64,000 bases of DNA from Eledone cirrhosa. Its lineage: Eukaryota. Positions 38,151 through 52,087 of the stretch are shown in pieces. Location: NCBI GenBank assembly GCA_964016885.1, contig OZ024745.1:31992001-32056000 (forward strand), read 5' to 3'. The stretch's first letter is position 1, and every line of letters begins with the position of its first letter. The notes under the pieces were generated by a model, which saw only the letters and a program-made list of their open reading frames with translations, had not been told where the DNA came from and made no database searches. Both the position numbers and the translations under genes were made by a program.

Positions 38151-38551
38151 TGAAGCATGTATGGCGAGGATCATAGTGTAGAAGCTGAGAGATATATTGG
38201 CATCTAGGTCTCATGCCAATATTCTCTTTTCTCTTGATCTCCTACTGTCTGCCTTCCTTTACATTCCCAAAACAGATCACACCCACCCTTTCATACTTAC
38301 TACCCACATAACTGAGGACCTAACAGATCCACTCATCCCCATACTCACTGAAAGATGCTACCCACTTAAAGAGAGGCGTATATTAGTCTACCAACTTTAT
38401 GAACTTACCTTTATAGCTCCTTCCTCTCTACCCCAATGGTCATTCCCACGCTCTCCAAAGCCACCTTCCCCATCGAACATCTACTCTTATCATCATCATG
38501 CTTACTATCATCATGTCTAGATGTTTATGTGGTTTGCCTGTTTATTTTCAG

Positions 38552-38668
38552 GTAACTCAAGGCGCACAACAAATACATCACCATGAGGATAAGTTGGCAA
38601 CAGCAATTCTTGTCACTTTATGTTGTTTCTTGCCTACTGGCATTGTTGCAATAATATATGCCGATAAA
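38552..38668 (+). CDS. CD225/dispanin-family gene, middle exon (first hydrophobic segment with CC motif)
   Basis: Acceptor tttattttcag, donor GTAAGT at 38669, 117 nt, phase 0-0. Encodes VTQGAQQIHHHEDKLATAILVTLCCFLPTGIVAIIYADK, matching the CD225 pattern D-x-L-x-x-A-I-x-x-T-L-C-C-F-x-P-x-G-I-V-A. Confidence 0.92.
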
Positions 38669-39429
38669 GTAAGTAGAATTTTAATATTTCTTAAAACAAA
38701 TTCTGATCCCATGAAAGAAGTTTTACCTATAAATATTCAATAATCTACAACAATATTTCCCTAAGGTGTCCCTTAGGGAAATATTGTAGATATATAAAAT
38801 TCATTTTATAAAAAAATTGTATTTACCTTTTCCACATAACATTTTTTATCATTTAATGTCTCATTGAAGTTAATGTGACAGAGTTTGTCTGTGAAATATA
38901 GGTGTTAGTTCCACGATTTGTGAAAATTCTTATAAGATTTCCATGACAAAATAAAATTTGATAATCACTATAAGGTCAGCAGCATTTGACATGTTTTGCA
39001 AAAGAGTTCTAGTTTGACAAAAGTATTCTTGTTATGTAGAAGTGACTGAGTGCACGTGGTATTAGACTAACACCTCATTATTTTGGAGTTCAGGTCCATT
39101 TCAGGAATCCCTTTTGGGTACAGAAAGCTACCACCTATAGACGAACTAACCACAAGTCTTTGTGTGCGCACACTGAAGAAATTCTAGAGATACTTGAAAG
39201 GAGATGAGTAGATGAAAGCTGTGTCCATGAAGTGAGCTGAGGAGAAGCCACATCCAAACTCCTCAGAGGCAAACAGCATAAATATAAACTTTTCTGAGTA
39301 GGAAATAATGGTGAGGTAGATGGAGTAACTGAGAAGTTAATAGGTAAGGTATTTGAGGTAGAGTAAATGATGGAATTATCAAGCTCAGAACAGTCATATA
39401 CAATAGAATGACAACGGTTATCTTTACTT

Positions 39430-42400
39430 GTCACAATCAGGACTAAATAAAAAAATAAAAAGACTGTTTCTATGAGAAATTATTACAGATGAGCTCAACA
39501 ACTGATGACAGAGACTTAATCATTCTAGTTGATGACTTCAATGGACATGCTGGTCAATACCAGGATGGCTACATGGTGACTATGGACATGCTGGTCAATA
39601 CCAGGATGGCTACATGGTGATTATAAACATGCTGGTCAATACCAGGGTAGCTACATGGTGACTATGGACATGCTGGTCAATACCAGGATAGCTACATGGT
39701 GACTATGGACATGCTGGTCAATACCAGGATGGCTACATGGTGATTATAAACATGCTGGTCAATACCAGGATAGCTACATGGTGACTATGGACATACTGGT
39801 CAATACCAGGATGGCTACATGGTGATTATAAACATTCTGGTCAATACCAGGATGGCTACATGGTGACTATGGACATGCTGGTCAATACCAGGATAGCTAC
39901 ATGGTGACTATGGACATGTTGGTCAATACCAGGATGACTACATGATGACTATGGACATGCTGGTCAATACCAGGATGGCTACATGGTGACTATGGACATG
40001 TTGGTCAATACCAGGATGGCTACATGGTGACTATGGACATGTTGGTCAATACCAGGATGGCTACATGATGACTATGGACATGCTGGTCAATACCAGGATG
40101 GCTACATGGTGACTATGGACATGCTGGTCAATACCAGGATGGCTACATGGTGACTATGGACATGTTGGTCAATACCAGGATGGCTACATGGCGATTATAA
40201 ACACGCTGGTCAATACCAGGATAGCTACATGGTGACTATGGACATGGTGGTCAATACCAGGATGGCTACATGGTGACTATGGACATGCTGGTCAATACCA
40301 AGATGACTACATGGTGACTATGGACATGCTGGTCAATACCAGGAAGACTACATGGTGACTATGGACATGCTGGTCAATACCAGGATGACTACATGGTGAC
40401 TATGGACATGGTGGTCAATACCAGGATGGCTACATGGTGACTATGGACATGCTGGTCAATACCAGGAAGACTACATTGTGACTATGGACATGCTGGTCAA
40501 TACCAAGATAGCTACATGGTGACTATGGACATGCTGGTCAATACCAGGATGGCTACATGGTGACTATGGACATACTGGTCAATACCAGGATGGCTACATG
40601 ATGACTATGGACATGGTGGTCAATACCAGGATGGCTACATGGTGACTATGGACATGCTGGTCAATACCAGGATGGCTACATGGTGACTATGGACATGCTG
40701 GTCAATACCAGGATGGCTACATGGTAACAATGGACATGCTGGTCAATACCAGGATGGCTACATGGTGACTATGGACATGGTGGTCAATACCAGGATGGCT
40801 ACATGGTGACTATGGACATGCTGGTCAATACCAGGATGACTACATGCTGACTATGGACATGCTGGTCAATACCAGGATGGCTACATGGTGACTATGGACA
40901 TGGTGGTCAATACCAGGATGGCTACATGGTGACAATGGACATGCTGGTCAATACCAGGATGGCTACATGGTGACTATGGACATGTTGGTCAATACCAGGA
41001 TGGCTACATGGCGATTATAAACATGCTGGTCAATACCAGGATAGCTACATGGTGACTATGGACATGGTGGTCAATACCAGGATGGCTACATGGTGACTAT
41101 GGACATGCTGGTCAATACCAAGATGACTACATGGTGACTATGGACATGCTGGTCAATACCAAGATAGCTACATGGTGACTATGGACATCCTGGTCAATAC
41201 CAGGATGGCTACATGGTGACTATGGACATGCTGGTCAATACCAGGATGGCTACATGATGACTATGGACATGGTGGTCAATACCAGGATGGCTACATGGTG
41301 ACTATGGACATGCTGGTCAATACCAGGATGGCTACATGGTGACAATGGACATGCTGGTCAATACCAGGATGGCTACATGGTGACTATGGACATGCTGGTC
41401 AATACCAGGATAGCTACATGGTGACTATGGACATGTTGGTCAATACCAGGATGACTACATGGTGACTATGGACATGCGGGTCAATACCAGGATGGCTACA
41501 TGGTGACTATGGACATGTTGGTCAATACCAGGATGACTACATGATGACTATGGACATGCTGGTCAATACCAGGATGGCTACATGGTGACTATGGACATGT
41601 TGGTCAATACCAGGATGGCTACATGGTGACTATGGACATGTTGGTCAATACCAGGATGGCTACATGATGACTATGGACATGCTGGTCAATACCAGGATGG
41701 CTACATGGTGACTATGGACATGCTGGTCAATACCAGGATGGCTACATGGTGACTATGGACATGTTGGTCAATACCAGGATGGCTACATGGCGATTATAAA
41801 CATGCTGGTCAATACCAGGATAGCTACATGGTGACTATGGACATGTTGGTCAATACCAGGATGACTACATGGTGACTATGGACATGTTGGTCAATACCAG
41901 GATGACTACATGATGACTATGGACATGCTGGTCAATACCAGGATGACTACATGGTGACTATGGACATGCTGGTCAATACCAGGATGGCTACATGGTGACT
42001 ATGGACATGCTGGTCAATACCAAGATGACTACATGGTGACTATGGACATGCTGGTCAATACCAGGAAGACTACATTGTGACTATGGACATGCTGGTCAAT
42101 ACCAAGATAGCTACATGGTGACTATGGACATGCTGGTCAATACCAGGATGGCTACATGGTGACTATGGACATGCTGGTCAATACCAGGATGGCTACATGA
42201 TGACTATGGACATGGTGGTCAATACCAGGATGGCTACATGGTGACTATGAACATGCTGGTCAATACCAGGATGGCTACATGGTGACTATGGACATGCTGG
42301 TCAATACCAGGATGGCTACATGGTGACAATGGACATGCTGCTCAATACCAGCATGGCTACATGGTGACTATGGACATGCTGGTCAATACCAGAAAGACTA

Positions 42401-44880
42401 CATTATGACTATGGACATGCTGGTCAATACCAAGATAGCTGCATGGTGACTATGGACATGCTGGTCAATACCAGGATGGCTACATGGTGACTATGGACAT
42501 GCTGGTCACTACCAGGATGGCTACATGATGACTATGGACATGGTGGTCAATACCAGGATGGCTACATGGTGACTATGGACATGCTGGTCAATACCAGGAT
42601 GGCTACATGGTGACTATGGACATGCTGGTCAATACCAGGATGGCTACATGGTGACAATGGACATGCTGGTCAATACCAGGATGGCTACATGGTGACTATG
42701 GACATGGTGGTCAATACCAGGATGGATACATGGTGACAATGGACATGCTGGTCAATACCAGGATGGCTACATGGTGACTATGGACATGGTGGTCAATACC
42801 AGGATGGCTACATGGTGACAATGGACATGCTGGTCAATACCAGGATGGCTACATGGTGACTATGGACATGCTGGTCAATACCAGGATGGCTACATGGTGA
42901 CTATGGACATGGTGGTCAATACCAGGATGGCTACATGGTGACTATGGACATGCTGGTCAATACCAAGATGACTACATGGTGACTATGGACATGCTGGTCA
43001 ATACCAGGAAGACTACATTGTGACTATGGACATGCTGGTCAATACCAAGATAGCTACATGGTGACTATGGACATGCTGGTCAATACCAGGATGGCTACAT
43101 GGTGACAATGGACATGTTGGTCAATACCAGGATGGCTACATGGTGACTATGGACATGGTGGTCAATACCAGGATGGCTACATGGTGACAATGGACATGCT
43201 GGTCAATACCAGGATGGCTACATGGTGACTATGGACATGCTGGTCAATACCAGGATGGCTATATGGTGACTATTGACATGGTGGTCAATACCAGGATGGC
43301 TACATGGTGACAATGGACATGCTGGTCAATACCAGGATGGCTACATGGTGACTATGGACATGCTGGTCAATACCAGGATGGCTACATGGTGACTATGGAC
43401 ATGGTGGTCAATACCAGGATGGCTACATGGTGACAATGGACATGCTGGTCAATACCAGGATGGCTACATGGTGACTATGGACATGCTGGTCAATACCAGG
43501 ATGGCTACATGGTGACTATGGACATGGTGGTCAATACCAGGATGGCTACATGGTGACTATGGACATGCTGGTCAATACCAGGATGGCTACATGGTGACTA
43601 TGGACATGGTGGTCAATATCAGGATGGCTACATGGTGACTATGGACATGCTGGTCAATACCAGGATAGCTACATTGTGACTACGGACATGCTGGTCAATA
43701 CCAGGATGGCTACATGGTGATTATAAACATACTGGTCAATACCAGGGTAGCTACATGGTGACTATGGACATGCTGGTCAATACCAGGATGGCTACATGGT
43801 GATTATAAACATGCTGGTCAATACCAGGATGGCTACATGGTGATTATAAACATGCTGGTCGATACCAGGATAGCTACATGGTGACTATGGACATGCTGGT
43901 CAATACCAGGATAGCTACATGGTGACTATGGACATGCTGGTCAATACCAGGATGGCTACATGGTGATTATAAACATGCTGGTCAATTCCAGGATAGCTAC
44001 ATGGTGACTATGGACATGCTGGTCAATACCAGGATGGCTACATGGTGACTATGGACATGGCTCAAGAATTGATGAGAGATCAAAGTTTTTAGAATTCAGT
44101 GATGCAAATGACCTAACTTCAGGAAACCAGCCAGATACATGATCACCTACCATTCAGGTGAACATACTAGCCAGATTGACTTTTTTCTAATTAAAAATAG
44201 GATAGTCAGATGGTTATGAATGCTAAGGCCTTTCTTAGGGAAGAATGCACCCCCACCCTACCCCACCCCATAAGTTAGTTATCAGTGATGTCAAAATAAG
44301 TTAGTTATCAGTGATGTCAATATCAGAAATGCAGGAAAATCTGGAGAACGAGTGTATGGGAGCTCAAAGAACTCTATGAAATATAGGTTTGGAAAAGCTT
44401 AAGATGATGCATACCTTGTAAGGGGGCGGGGGAGATAGACACAGAATAACTGGAAATTTCTGAGACAGTTTGCGACAGATTACTGATGAAACCCCTGGCT
44501 GGAACAAGGTTTCACCTAGACAAAGTGTGACCTGATGGTGGAATTATACTGTGGACACAGCCATTAAATGTGGAAATACTAGAAAAACAGGGTCTCAGCA
44601 TAGAACAATATTAAATAGCTAAAAGCAAAGTTAGATAACAGGTTTACATAGCGCATATAGAAGTTGAAAGTTAGAAGTCTGTCAACGCTATGTGATATGA
44701 GAACCAGAGGTGTGAGGTGTTCTGTATAGCAAAACGGTGTGCCAGTGTGAACCAGGATTTTGTTAGAGATAAATGTGTTTGGAATGACACCGGTGCACTT
44801 AGCCTCACTGACGCTCAGATGGTACTGAAAAATATTATTATGAGAAGTTGATGAATTTGGAGAAAGAATGGAAGGAAAAG
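39430..44880 (+). mobile_element. Decayed RTE LINE (endonuclease and linker region) interrupted by the 41-bp satellite
   Basis: Left flank gatgacttcaatggacatgctggt (DFNGHAG). The right flank continues GHGSR...FLEF...YHSG..SQIDFFL and later VNQDFVRDKCVWND, homologous to 37050-37660 on the - strand. Confidence 0.8.
39541..44059. repeat. 41-bp tandem satellite, ~110 copies
   Basis: Unit ggacatgctggtcaataccaggatggctacatggtgactat; the period of 41 holds throughout (diagnostic variants are spaced at exact multiples of 41). Confidence 0.98.
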
Positions 44881-45209
44881 AAGAGAAACATAAACAAACA
44901 TTTTATCTATCTCATTAACAAATGTTCTAAACTTACGCAGAATATCTATTTGTTTACATTTTGTTCTACTGTACGGATGGACAGACAGAACAAAATTGCT
45001 ATTGTGACATCCATGGATGAAGTGTGTGATAAAACTGGGTGATGTTCCAAAATAGAACATTGCCCAGAAAATCACATCTGTCATCTATGTAAAGAACTAG
45101 AGAACTTCTTCCGAAATCGATGGGTTGAATGTGGCAAATGTGTTTCTGTTTGCCTTCAACAACAACAACAACCGATGACTGTGTCTTCCTGTTGAAGAAA
45201 AACAACAAA

Positions 45210-48200
45210 AGAAATCGACTGTCAATACGGAGTTTGAGGAAATCAAATGATTTCCACTTTCAGCCGAGAAATAGCAGGAATCAAATCAAGCGTTCATGTA
45301 GAACCTCACATTGAGGGATCTTACCAGAGTGACTTGTTAAAAAATCTCCGCGTACCTCTTGCCGAACCCTGACGCATTGAGAAAGCCACTGAATCTGTAA
45401 ACCACAAAGTGATTGCCATTGGTGTACCAGAAGACATAGTTGATCTTCAGACATTTCCTGCCAGCTCATCCAAAGACTTGGGCTGTGATCCCCCGAAGAG
45501 TGTTCTCTGCCTTGGCCGACCAGGTCTGAAACCCAGGCTAATTAGGCTGTCTTTTTCGAACTCAACTGAGGCATGTTCATATCTTTTAGCCTCTGATAAA
45601 CTTAGGCGTGATAATCAGATTGCCTTCCGAACACGCCCTGGTCTTCCATCTGATGTACACTCAAAGCTACGTGCTGCAGCTTCCTTAAACTGCAACTCAG
45701 GACAACATGAAAGTTTCAGCCTACATGATGATGGGCAGATATGGAAGTTTATTAAGGCTGGTGAAACATGGAAAAGAGATATCAGCTGGTCTGAAAACAC
45801 TGTACCCACAACAACTGGCAATAAAAAAAATTGAAAAAACTCTGGGAAACTAAATCAGAACAACCTGCCATCCCCTGCACATGATAGACTGAAATCAAGG
45901 TACAAATTGTTGTCCTTAAATACACGTAGTCTATGCAATAAGATACATCTTTTTGATTCCTACATGAAAAGTATCAACCCTGACGAAAACATGGGCACAT
46001 TCCTTACTCTGTGATGGGGTTTTCAGCAGAGCTGGTTACAACTTGTTTTGTAAAGACCGCATTAATTGTCGTGGTGGTGGTGTAATGGTCTACATTCATT
46101 CAAACTTTTCAGCAATTGCGTTGATTTGAACCAATCGCAGCAAGAAATATTTTTCTGCGATATACGTATAACCATGTCAACACTGCTACTTGGAGTCGTT
46201 TACCATTCCCCAAATTACCACCAGGACACTCAGCTTTGTGATATCCTCAGAGCTGCTGCCAGGAAAAGAGCCACTTATGTTTTTATTGCAGGGGACTTCA
46301 ATCACTCTGAGATTGACTGGGAAACCTTTCGTTGGCTGCAAAGTACAAATGATTTCCTGAGCTTGTGCTGGACTCGAACTGGTCCCAAGTAGTCACCTCC
46401 CCAACAAGAGGTGACTACACTTTGGATCTACTCTTCACCACTACTCCCGAAACAGTCACTAGTGTTACTACTGAGGAACCTTTAGGTGACACTGATCATG
46501 CTATGATCATTGCCAATCTAACCCTCAAGGGCAGTAACAAAAACCACAACCATCTCCAAACTGCTCCCTTTGACTGGAATAAAGCAGACTGGAACTGTTA
46601 CTGCACAGAGCTGCAACATCCAAACTGGCTTGAGGATTATGACTCTGGAGATGTCAACACAGTACTCCAGAACATCCAATATGGACAGCATGTGCAGCAT
46701 CGGTGCCACGTAAGCATAAAAAATATCCCAAAAGTGGAATTTGGAAGACTGCAGCAGTCCGTCTTGCCAGGAAAGAATGTCATAATGCTGAACATTAGTA
46801 CAAACTGCATAAATCAGATATCAATAGGAAAAAGCGAAATAAGTCATCCAACCATCTCAAGCAGGTGATAAAAAAGGCAGTACTTGTATTTGAACAGCGC
46901 ATAGCAACCAACCTTGACAGTAAGGTGTTCTTGCTGAATGCTATGCAGGTATTTTCACTGATGAAGACCATCTCCACCACCTCTGACATCAAATTCTATA
47001 ACAACTATGGAATTTACACCTGCAATGCTGTGACATCACCTTAAGAATAAACGCAACCATGCCTCTCCTGGTCTTGATGGTGTTATGTACAAACATGGCG
47101 GGTACTTCCTTCTGCATCAGCTATCACTACTCTTTCAATTCTGTCTGAACAATGGTGCTACTCCAGAGCAGTGGAAAACTGCCAGTGTCATTCCTCTGTT
47201 CAAAATGGGTGACCGCACATCACCTATCAACCATCATCCAGTCAGTCTTACTAGCTGCATTGCTAAACTGATGGAATCCTGTGTCAGAGAAACACTTTGG
47301 AACTTCTGGAGCTCTCACAGTCTTATCCGGCCCTCACAATTTGGATTTATCCCTAACTCCAGCTGCTGTGATCAGCTTATCGAGCTTCTTGAAGACATCA
47401 CCCGGATCACTGACGGCGGCTCATGGGTGGATGTTGTTTACCTTGACTTTGCTAAAGCTTTCAATTCTGTGTCACACAAAAGACTTATGGCAGCAATGGA
47501 TCATGGATTGGCAACTCAAGTTGGCTGTGGAGATGTGTACCACCATGCATTTTGGGAGGAAAAACCCAGCATCCACATACTCCTTCCACAACACTAAAAT
47601 CAAAAAGTCCTCTTGTGAACGTGACCTGGGCATTACAGTCAGCAGCGATTTGCATTGGACGAAGCACGTCTCTAAAATTGTCAAGAAGGCCGGGGGTGTC
47701 TTAGCATCACTCAGCGAGGCCTTTGTCAGCCACTCTCCAGCTATCTATGTAAAGCTGTATATAGCTATGGTGCAGCCACACTTAGAATTTGTATCACCAG
47801 TCTGGAACTCCTATCTTGCTCAGAACATTGACCTCCTGGAAACTGTTCAGAGACGTGCAACCAAGCGAATACCCTCCATCAGGCATATACCATACTCTGA
47901 ATGCCTTGCTTCCCTGGGCATGGATACATTGAAGCTCCGACATCTGGCAACTGACTTGGTGAACACCTACAAAATTATCAACCATCTTGCCAACAACAAC
48001 CCTGAACACCTTTTTGATTTCCATTTGTCTAACACACGTGAGCATGCCTACAAAGTCAGAAAACAGAACAGCTCCAATGACGTCGGAAACATTTTTTCAT
48101 GCTGAAGCATGGAACAAACTACCTGCATCAGTTGTTAGCTGTCGAGACACTGCATCCTTTAAAACCTCAATGCTTCCTGAAATTCGCCAATATTACACCT

Positions 48201-48340
48201 GATATCCTCCCTCCATACACACATGTTCATTTTCCTGATGTTTGAACATTATTCTATGTACTATACATGCACCGTTGATGAGTTGTAGTGCAACTGAGTT
48301 GTAGTGCACCTGTATACAATAATTTCATTATTATTATTAT
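45210..48340 (+). mobile_element. CR1-like LINE, decayed (ORF1 remnant, AP endonuclease, RT with internal deletion)
   Basis: LGRPGLKPRL (ORF1-like), VYHSP, IAGDFN..IDW, PTRGDYTLDLLFT, VIPLFKMG, PVSLTS, QFGF, VYLDFAKAFNSV, ERDLGI, PHLEF.SPVW, LETVQRRATK; (ATT)n tail. The YxDD region is missing. Confidence 0.9.
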
Positions 48341-48974
48341 AAACTACCCCCTTAACAGAGGAACCAGCTATCAAAGTTAACAGTTAGAGTTTTCTGACTG
48401 CGAATAAAGTGAAGATTCCTCTATTGTATGTTATCTCCAAAATAAAGATCTCTGTCTGTAGGCTAATTACTTGTGTTTGTATATTTACTTAGTATTTTTA
48501 CAGTAGTGATTGATAAAATTAGTACCAGACTATAAAGAATAATTCCTGGGGTCTATATGCTCAACTAAATCCCTTTTAGATGGTGCCTCAGCATGGACAA
48601 AGTCTGAAACTAGTTAAAGAATAAAAGAATATATATGTATCTCTCTACTATACCTTGTCTTATTTTTTTTCATTGTTCAACATTATATATATATATATGA
48701 TACAGTTAAATGTGTATATAAACTTACACATTTTATGTATATAGACATGTAAAAATGCCAAATATACGTATTACATTGTCAATTGAGAAAATGATAAACA
48801 CTTCTTACCAGCTTTACTGTCTAATTCGTCTTTCATCAAAGTGGGTATAGAGATAAGGTTGAAGAGTTTCTGAACACACAAGCTGAAACTGCTTAGTGCT
48901 GCAGTCGGGATTTTCTCTCTCTCTCAATACATACATACACACACACATACATACATATATATACATACATACAT

Positions 48975-49750
48975 GGTGGCTGACAACTCGTTTTCGAGTA
49001 CAGCCACTACTTTATATCCACATAGGAGAACCCCTACTGATGCGCTGAACAAGTGTGACTTTTTAGTCCAGCGAGCGACTTGAAAACTCTGGTAGAAACA
49101 CTACACTTGTGACAATTATTGACACATAGTGCTGGGCCCATGGTACCATGTGACGACAAGTGCAGAGAGATCTCCAGATATAAAGCAATGCCTGTGCCGT
49201 GAAGCTTTTATAGTGAGCAAAGCCACTGCACAAAGCCAGTCCCACTCTCTTAACCAAGATGATATTTACCAAAAAGAAGAACAAGTCAACATCATTGGAT
49301 ACCATCAGGGTTGCAGGTGTTATATCAGAGTTTTCCTTCTCCTAGAATTCTGCCTTGACAAAGGCTAAGGGGTCATCTCTCCCGGTGATTTTGGATGACC
49401 AATGAATCTTAAGAGCTCCTTTGCCCTTTGACAGGTTTTGTTTTTAGTCCTGCAGGATGTCCAAAGTCACCCTCCTCACCAAGAAACCTTGGTGGGGTTG
49501 CCAGTTTAGTCACCAACGACCCGACCATGGGACAGGTTGTACTGGAATACATGTTACCAGTAGCACCAACTGGTGACCTGACATACGGCTGTTCCGTATA
49601 ACCATGTCCATTACGAGCTGAGGATCCGCTAAGGTGAAACAATTGTTCTCGGTATGGTGAACTAACTGTTGTGTAACCACTTCTACCTAACTCGTCCCAT
49701 GGACTGAGTGCTCTACCACTACGGATATTACCTTCCAGTGTTCTACCACT
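48975..49750 (-). mobile_element. Non-autonomous RTE-related retroelement, longest copy (3 of 4)
   Basis: Same left boundary as the other copies and extends ~170 bp further; bounded by (TACA)n on both sides. Confidence 0.72.
49614..49651 (+). ncRNA. Minimal type I hammerhead ribozyme motif
   Basis: cgag-CTGAGGA-t-cc-gctaa-gg-t-GAAA-caattg-TT-ctcg: 4-bp stem I, intact core, palindromic ACAATTGT stem III, weak stem II. Confidence 0.72.
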
Positions 49751-49794
49751 ATACATACATACATACATACATACATACATACATACATACATAC

Positions 49795-50300
49795 GCCCAG
49801 CAGATGCCAATATAATATCAAAGATTAGTGAAAAGGAGAATATTTATGCAGAACTGATGAGAAATCTGCAGATACTCCACCCTGATTACACCTTCAGATT
49901 TATGCCTGTGATTATTGGGGCACTGGGATATGTTAGTAACTGCCTCAATACAAATCTTGAGAAGCTAGGCTTCACAGGAACAGAAAGAACACAACTAGTT
50001 AGGAAACTACAAGTACAATCCATTAATGGAATAGTAAAAATATGTAAAACATTCCAAAAATGTTGCATCTAATAACTGCATATACACATGTACAGATACA
50101 AAGCATACACACATGCACACATACAACTCAAAACATCCACATTCACACATACAATAACATCCATATCTACATATGCATGCATACATACATATCTACCTAG
50201 TTGATGTTGTGTAAATTCCAATGAGAGAGTCTTGTGTCTATGTTAGAAACCGACTCTCTCTCTATTGGTAAAACTTTGTGAAATTATAAAACCAGAAGAA
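49795..50300 (+). mobile_element. 3' end of an RLE-type (R4/CRE-like) non-LTR element in a (TACA)n tract
   Basis: PAD.NI..KI.EKENIYAELMRNLQ.LHP.Y....MPVIIGALG resembles the C-terminus of a restriction-like endonuclease domain. Confidence 0.65.
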
Positions 50301-50323
50301 CATACATACATACATATATACAT

Positions 50324-50734
50324 GGTGGCTGCCAACTCGTTTTCGAGTACGGCCACTACTTTATATCCATATAGGAGAACCCCTACTGATGCGCTGAATG
50401 AGTGTGACTTTTTAGTCCAGCGAGCGACTTGAAAACTCTGGTACAAACACTACACTTGTGACAATTATTGACACATAGTGCTGGGCCCATGGTACCATGT
50501 GACGACAAGTGCAGAGAGATCTCCAGATATAAAGCAATGCCTGTGCCGTGAAGCTTTTATAGTGAGCAAAGGCACTGCACAAAGCCAGTGCCACTCTCCT
50601 AACCAAGATGATATTTACCAAAAAGAAGAACAAGTCAACATCATTGGATACCATCAGGGTTGCAGGTGTTATATCAGAGTTTTTCTTCTCCTAGAATTCT
50701 GCCTTGACAAAGGCTAAGGGGTCATCTCTCCCGG
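50324..50734 (-). mobile_element. Non-autonomous RTE-related retroelement, copy 4 (shortest)
   Basis: Near-identical to 48975-49385; flanked by (TACA)n. Confidence 0.72.
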
Positions 50735-50775
50735 ATACATACATACATACATACATACATACATACATACATACA

Positions 50776-50809
<34 letters not shown>

Positions 50810-50810
50810 G

Positions 50811-50998
50811 GCCGGTGAATTGGCAGTATCAGTAGAGAGTTGGACGCCATGCTTTCTAGCATAGGTACGTCCCTTTACGGTCTGAGTTCAAATCCCATCA
50901 CGGTTAACTTAGCCTTTCATCCTTACGGGGGCGATAAAATAAAGTACCAGTAATCTACTGGGTATTTGCTGGCCTTGTGGCAAAAGTAGAAACAATTA
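50811..50998 (+). mobile_element. tRNA-derived SINE
   Basis: Family head, B box gagttcaaatccc and tail. Confidence 0.85.
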
Positions 50999-51874
50999 TA
51001 TATATATCCAGTGATGTGACCAGTTCTTTTTGGGAGAGGAAATGCATTTGATGCGGATTGGCCCTGTGAAAGCCTTTCTTGAATTAAATAAGCTTCAAGC
51101 ACAGGCATCGCTTGATATGAGACATTTTTTGTGATGCACAGATTTGCTGGCCATAGGCAAGTCCCTAGCAGGACTAAAAAGCCACGTCCGTGATGCTTAT
51201 GCTTAAGTATCAAGTTATGGCATTACTCAAAATGGTGTTGCAACCATCATGTATTTATGTATATCATGGTATGGAATAATCAGCTAATTTTGGCAGGAAC
51301 TTATATTCTATAATCATTATCAAAGATTTATTTATAGCATAAATTCATTAGAACAATGCAAATGAATATGGTCTTTTGTTGTCTAGCTCTAGATCAGACC
51401 TGTTCCTAAAGGCTTATCATCAAATATCTCAACCATAATGATTCTGATTTTTATTCAGATAGTATATTAGTTCTATATTATCCAATATGTTCGTCCTTTT
51501 ATGGTGTAGTTTCAGTGTATATAGCTACTAATTTTAGTGGCTATATATATTTGACACAAATAAAGGCTATAAGCATTTTGCTGATAATGATTCTCGAGAA
51601 GAAGCAAACAAAACAAAAGGCATTAGGCAATATGAAATTAACAAAATAGTTGTAACATGTTTTTTATGTGTGAAATCTTTGGTCAGTAGCAATTAGTAAA
51701 AGGATTTTATTTGAAAATACTCTAATATATTTCTAGGATAAAATTGCATAAAAATAATAACAAATTTAATATTTAGTCAAATATATAGAAAAAGAAAGTA
51801 GCATGTGGAAAGGGTTTTGGATAAGTCATCACTTATACTATTTACTTGCTTCATCTTGCTTAACAATAACTGCT

Positions 51875-52087
51875 TTAACCCTTTAGCATTTACATTACTT
51901 TATATTTACTATTATATTTTCATGTTAAACACTTTATTTCACATAATTATCTCACATAATATCAAATCTATGAGATATATTTTGATATTATTTATTTCGA
52001 AAACAGTACCTTAACATCAGTATGAGCAACCAGTTTGAACAGAAAGAGGTGAGAGAATTCTGGCCAGTTTAAATGCTAAAGGGTTAA
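51875..52087. mobile_element. piggyBac-like MITE
   Basis: TTAA-ccctttagcattta ... taaatgctaaaggg-TTAA. Confidence 0.8.

Noticed and set aside
39541-44059. CRISPR-like array (regular repeats with an internal hairpin)
   Set aside because: There are no unique spacers, units are head-to-tail, no cas genes are present, and the context is a eukaryotic LINE.
39541-44059. Repetitive Gly/His/Tyr-rich protein exon
   Set aside because: The 41-bp period shifts frame each unit and hits stops; the ORF track has no long ORF here.
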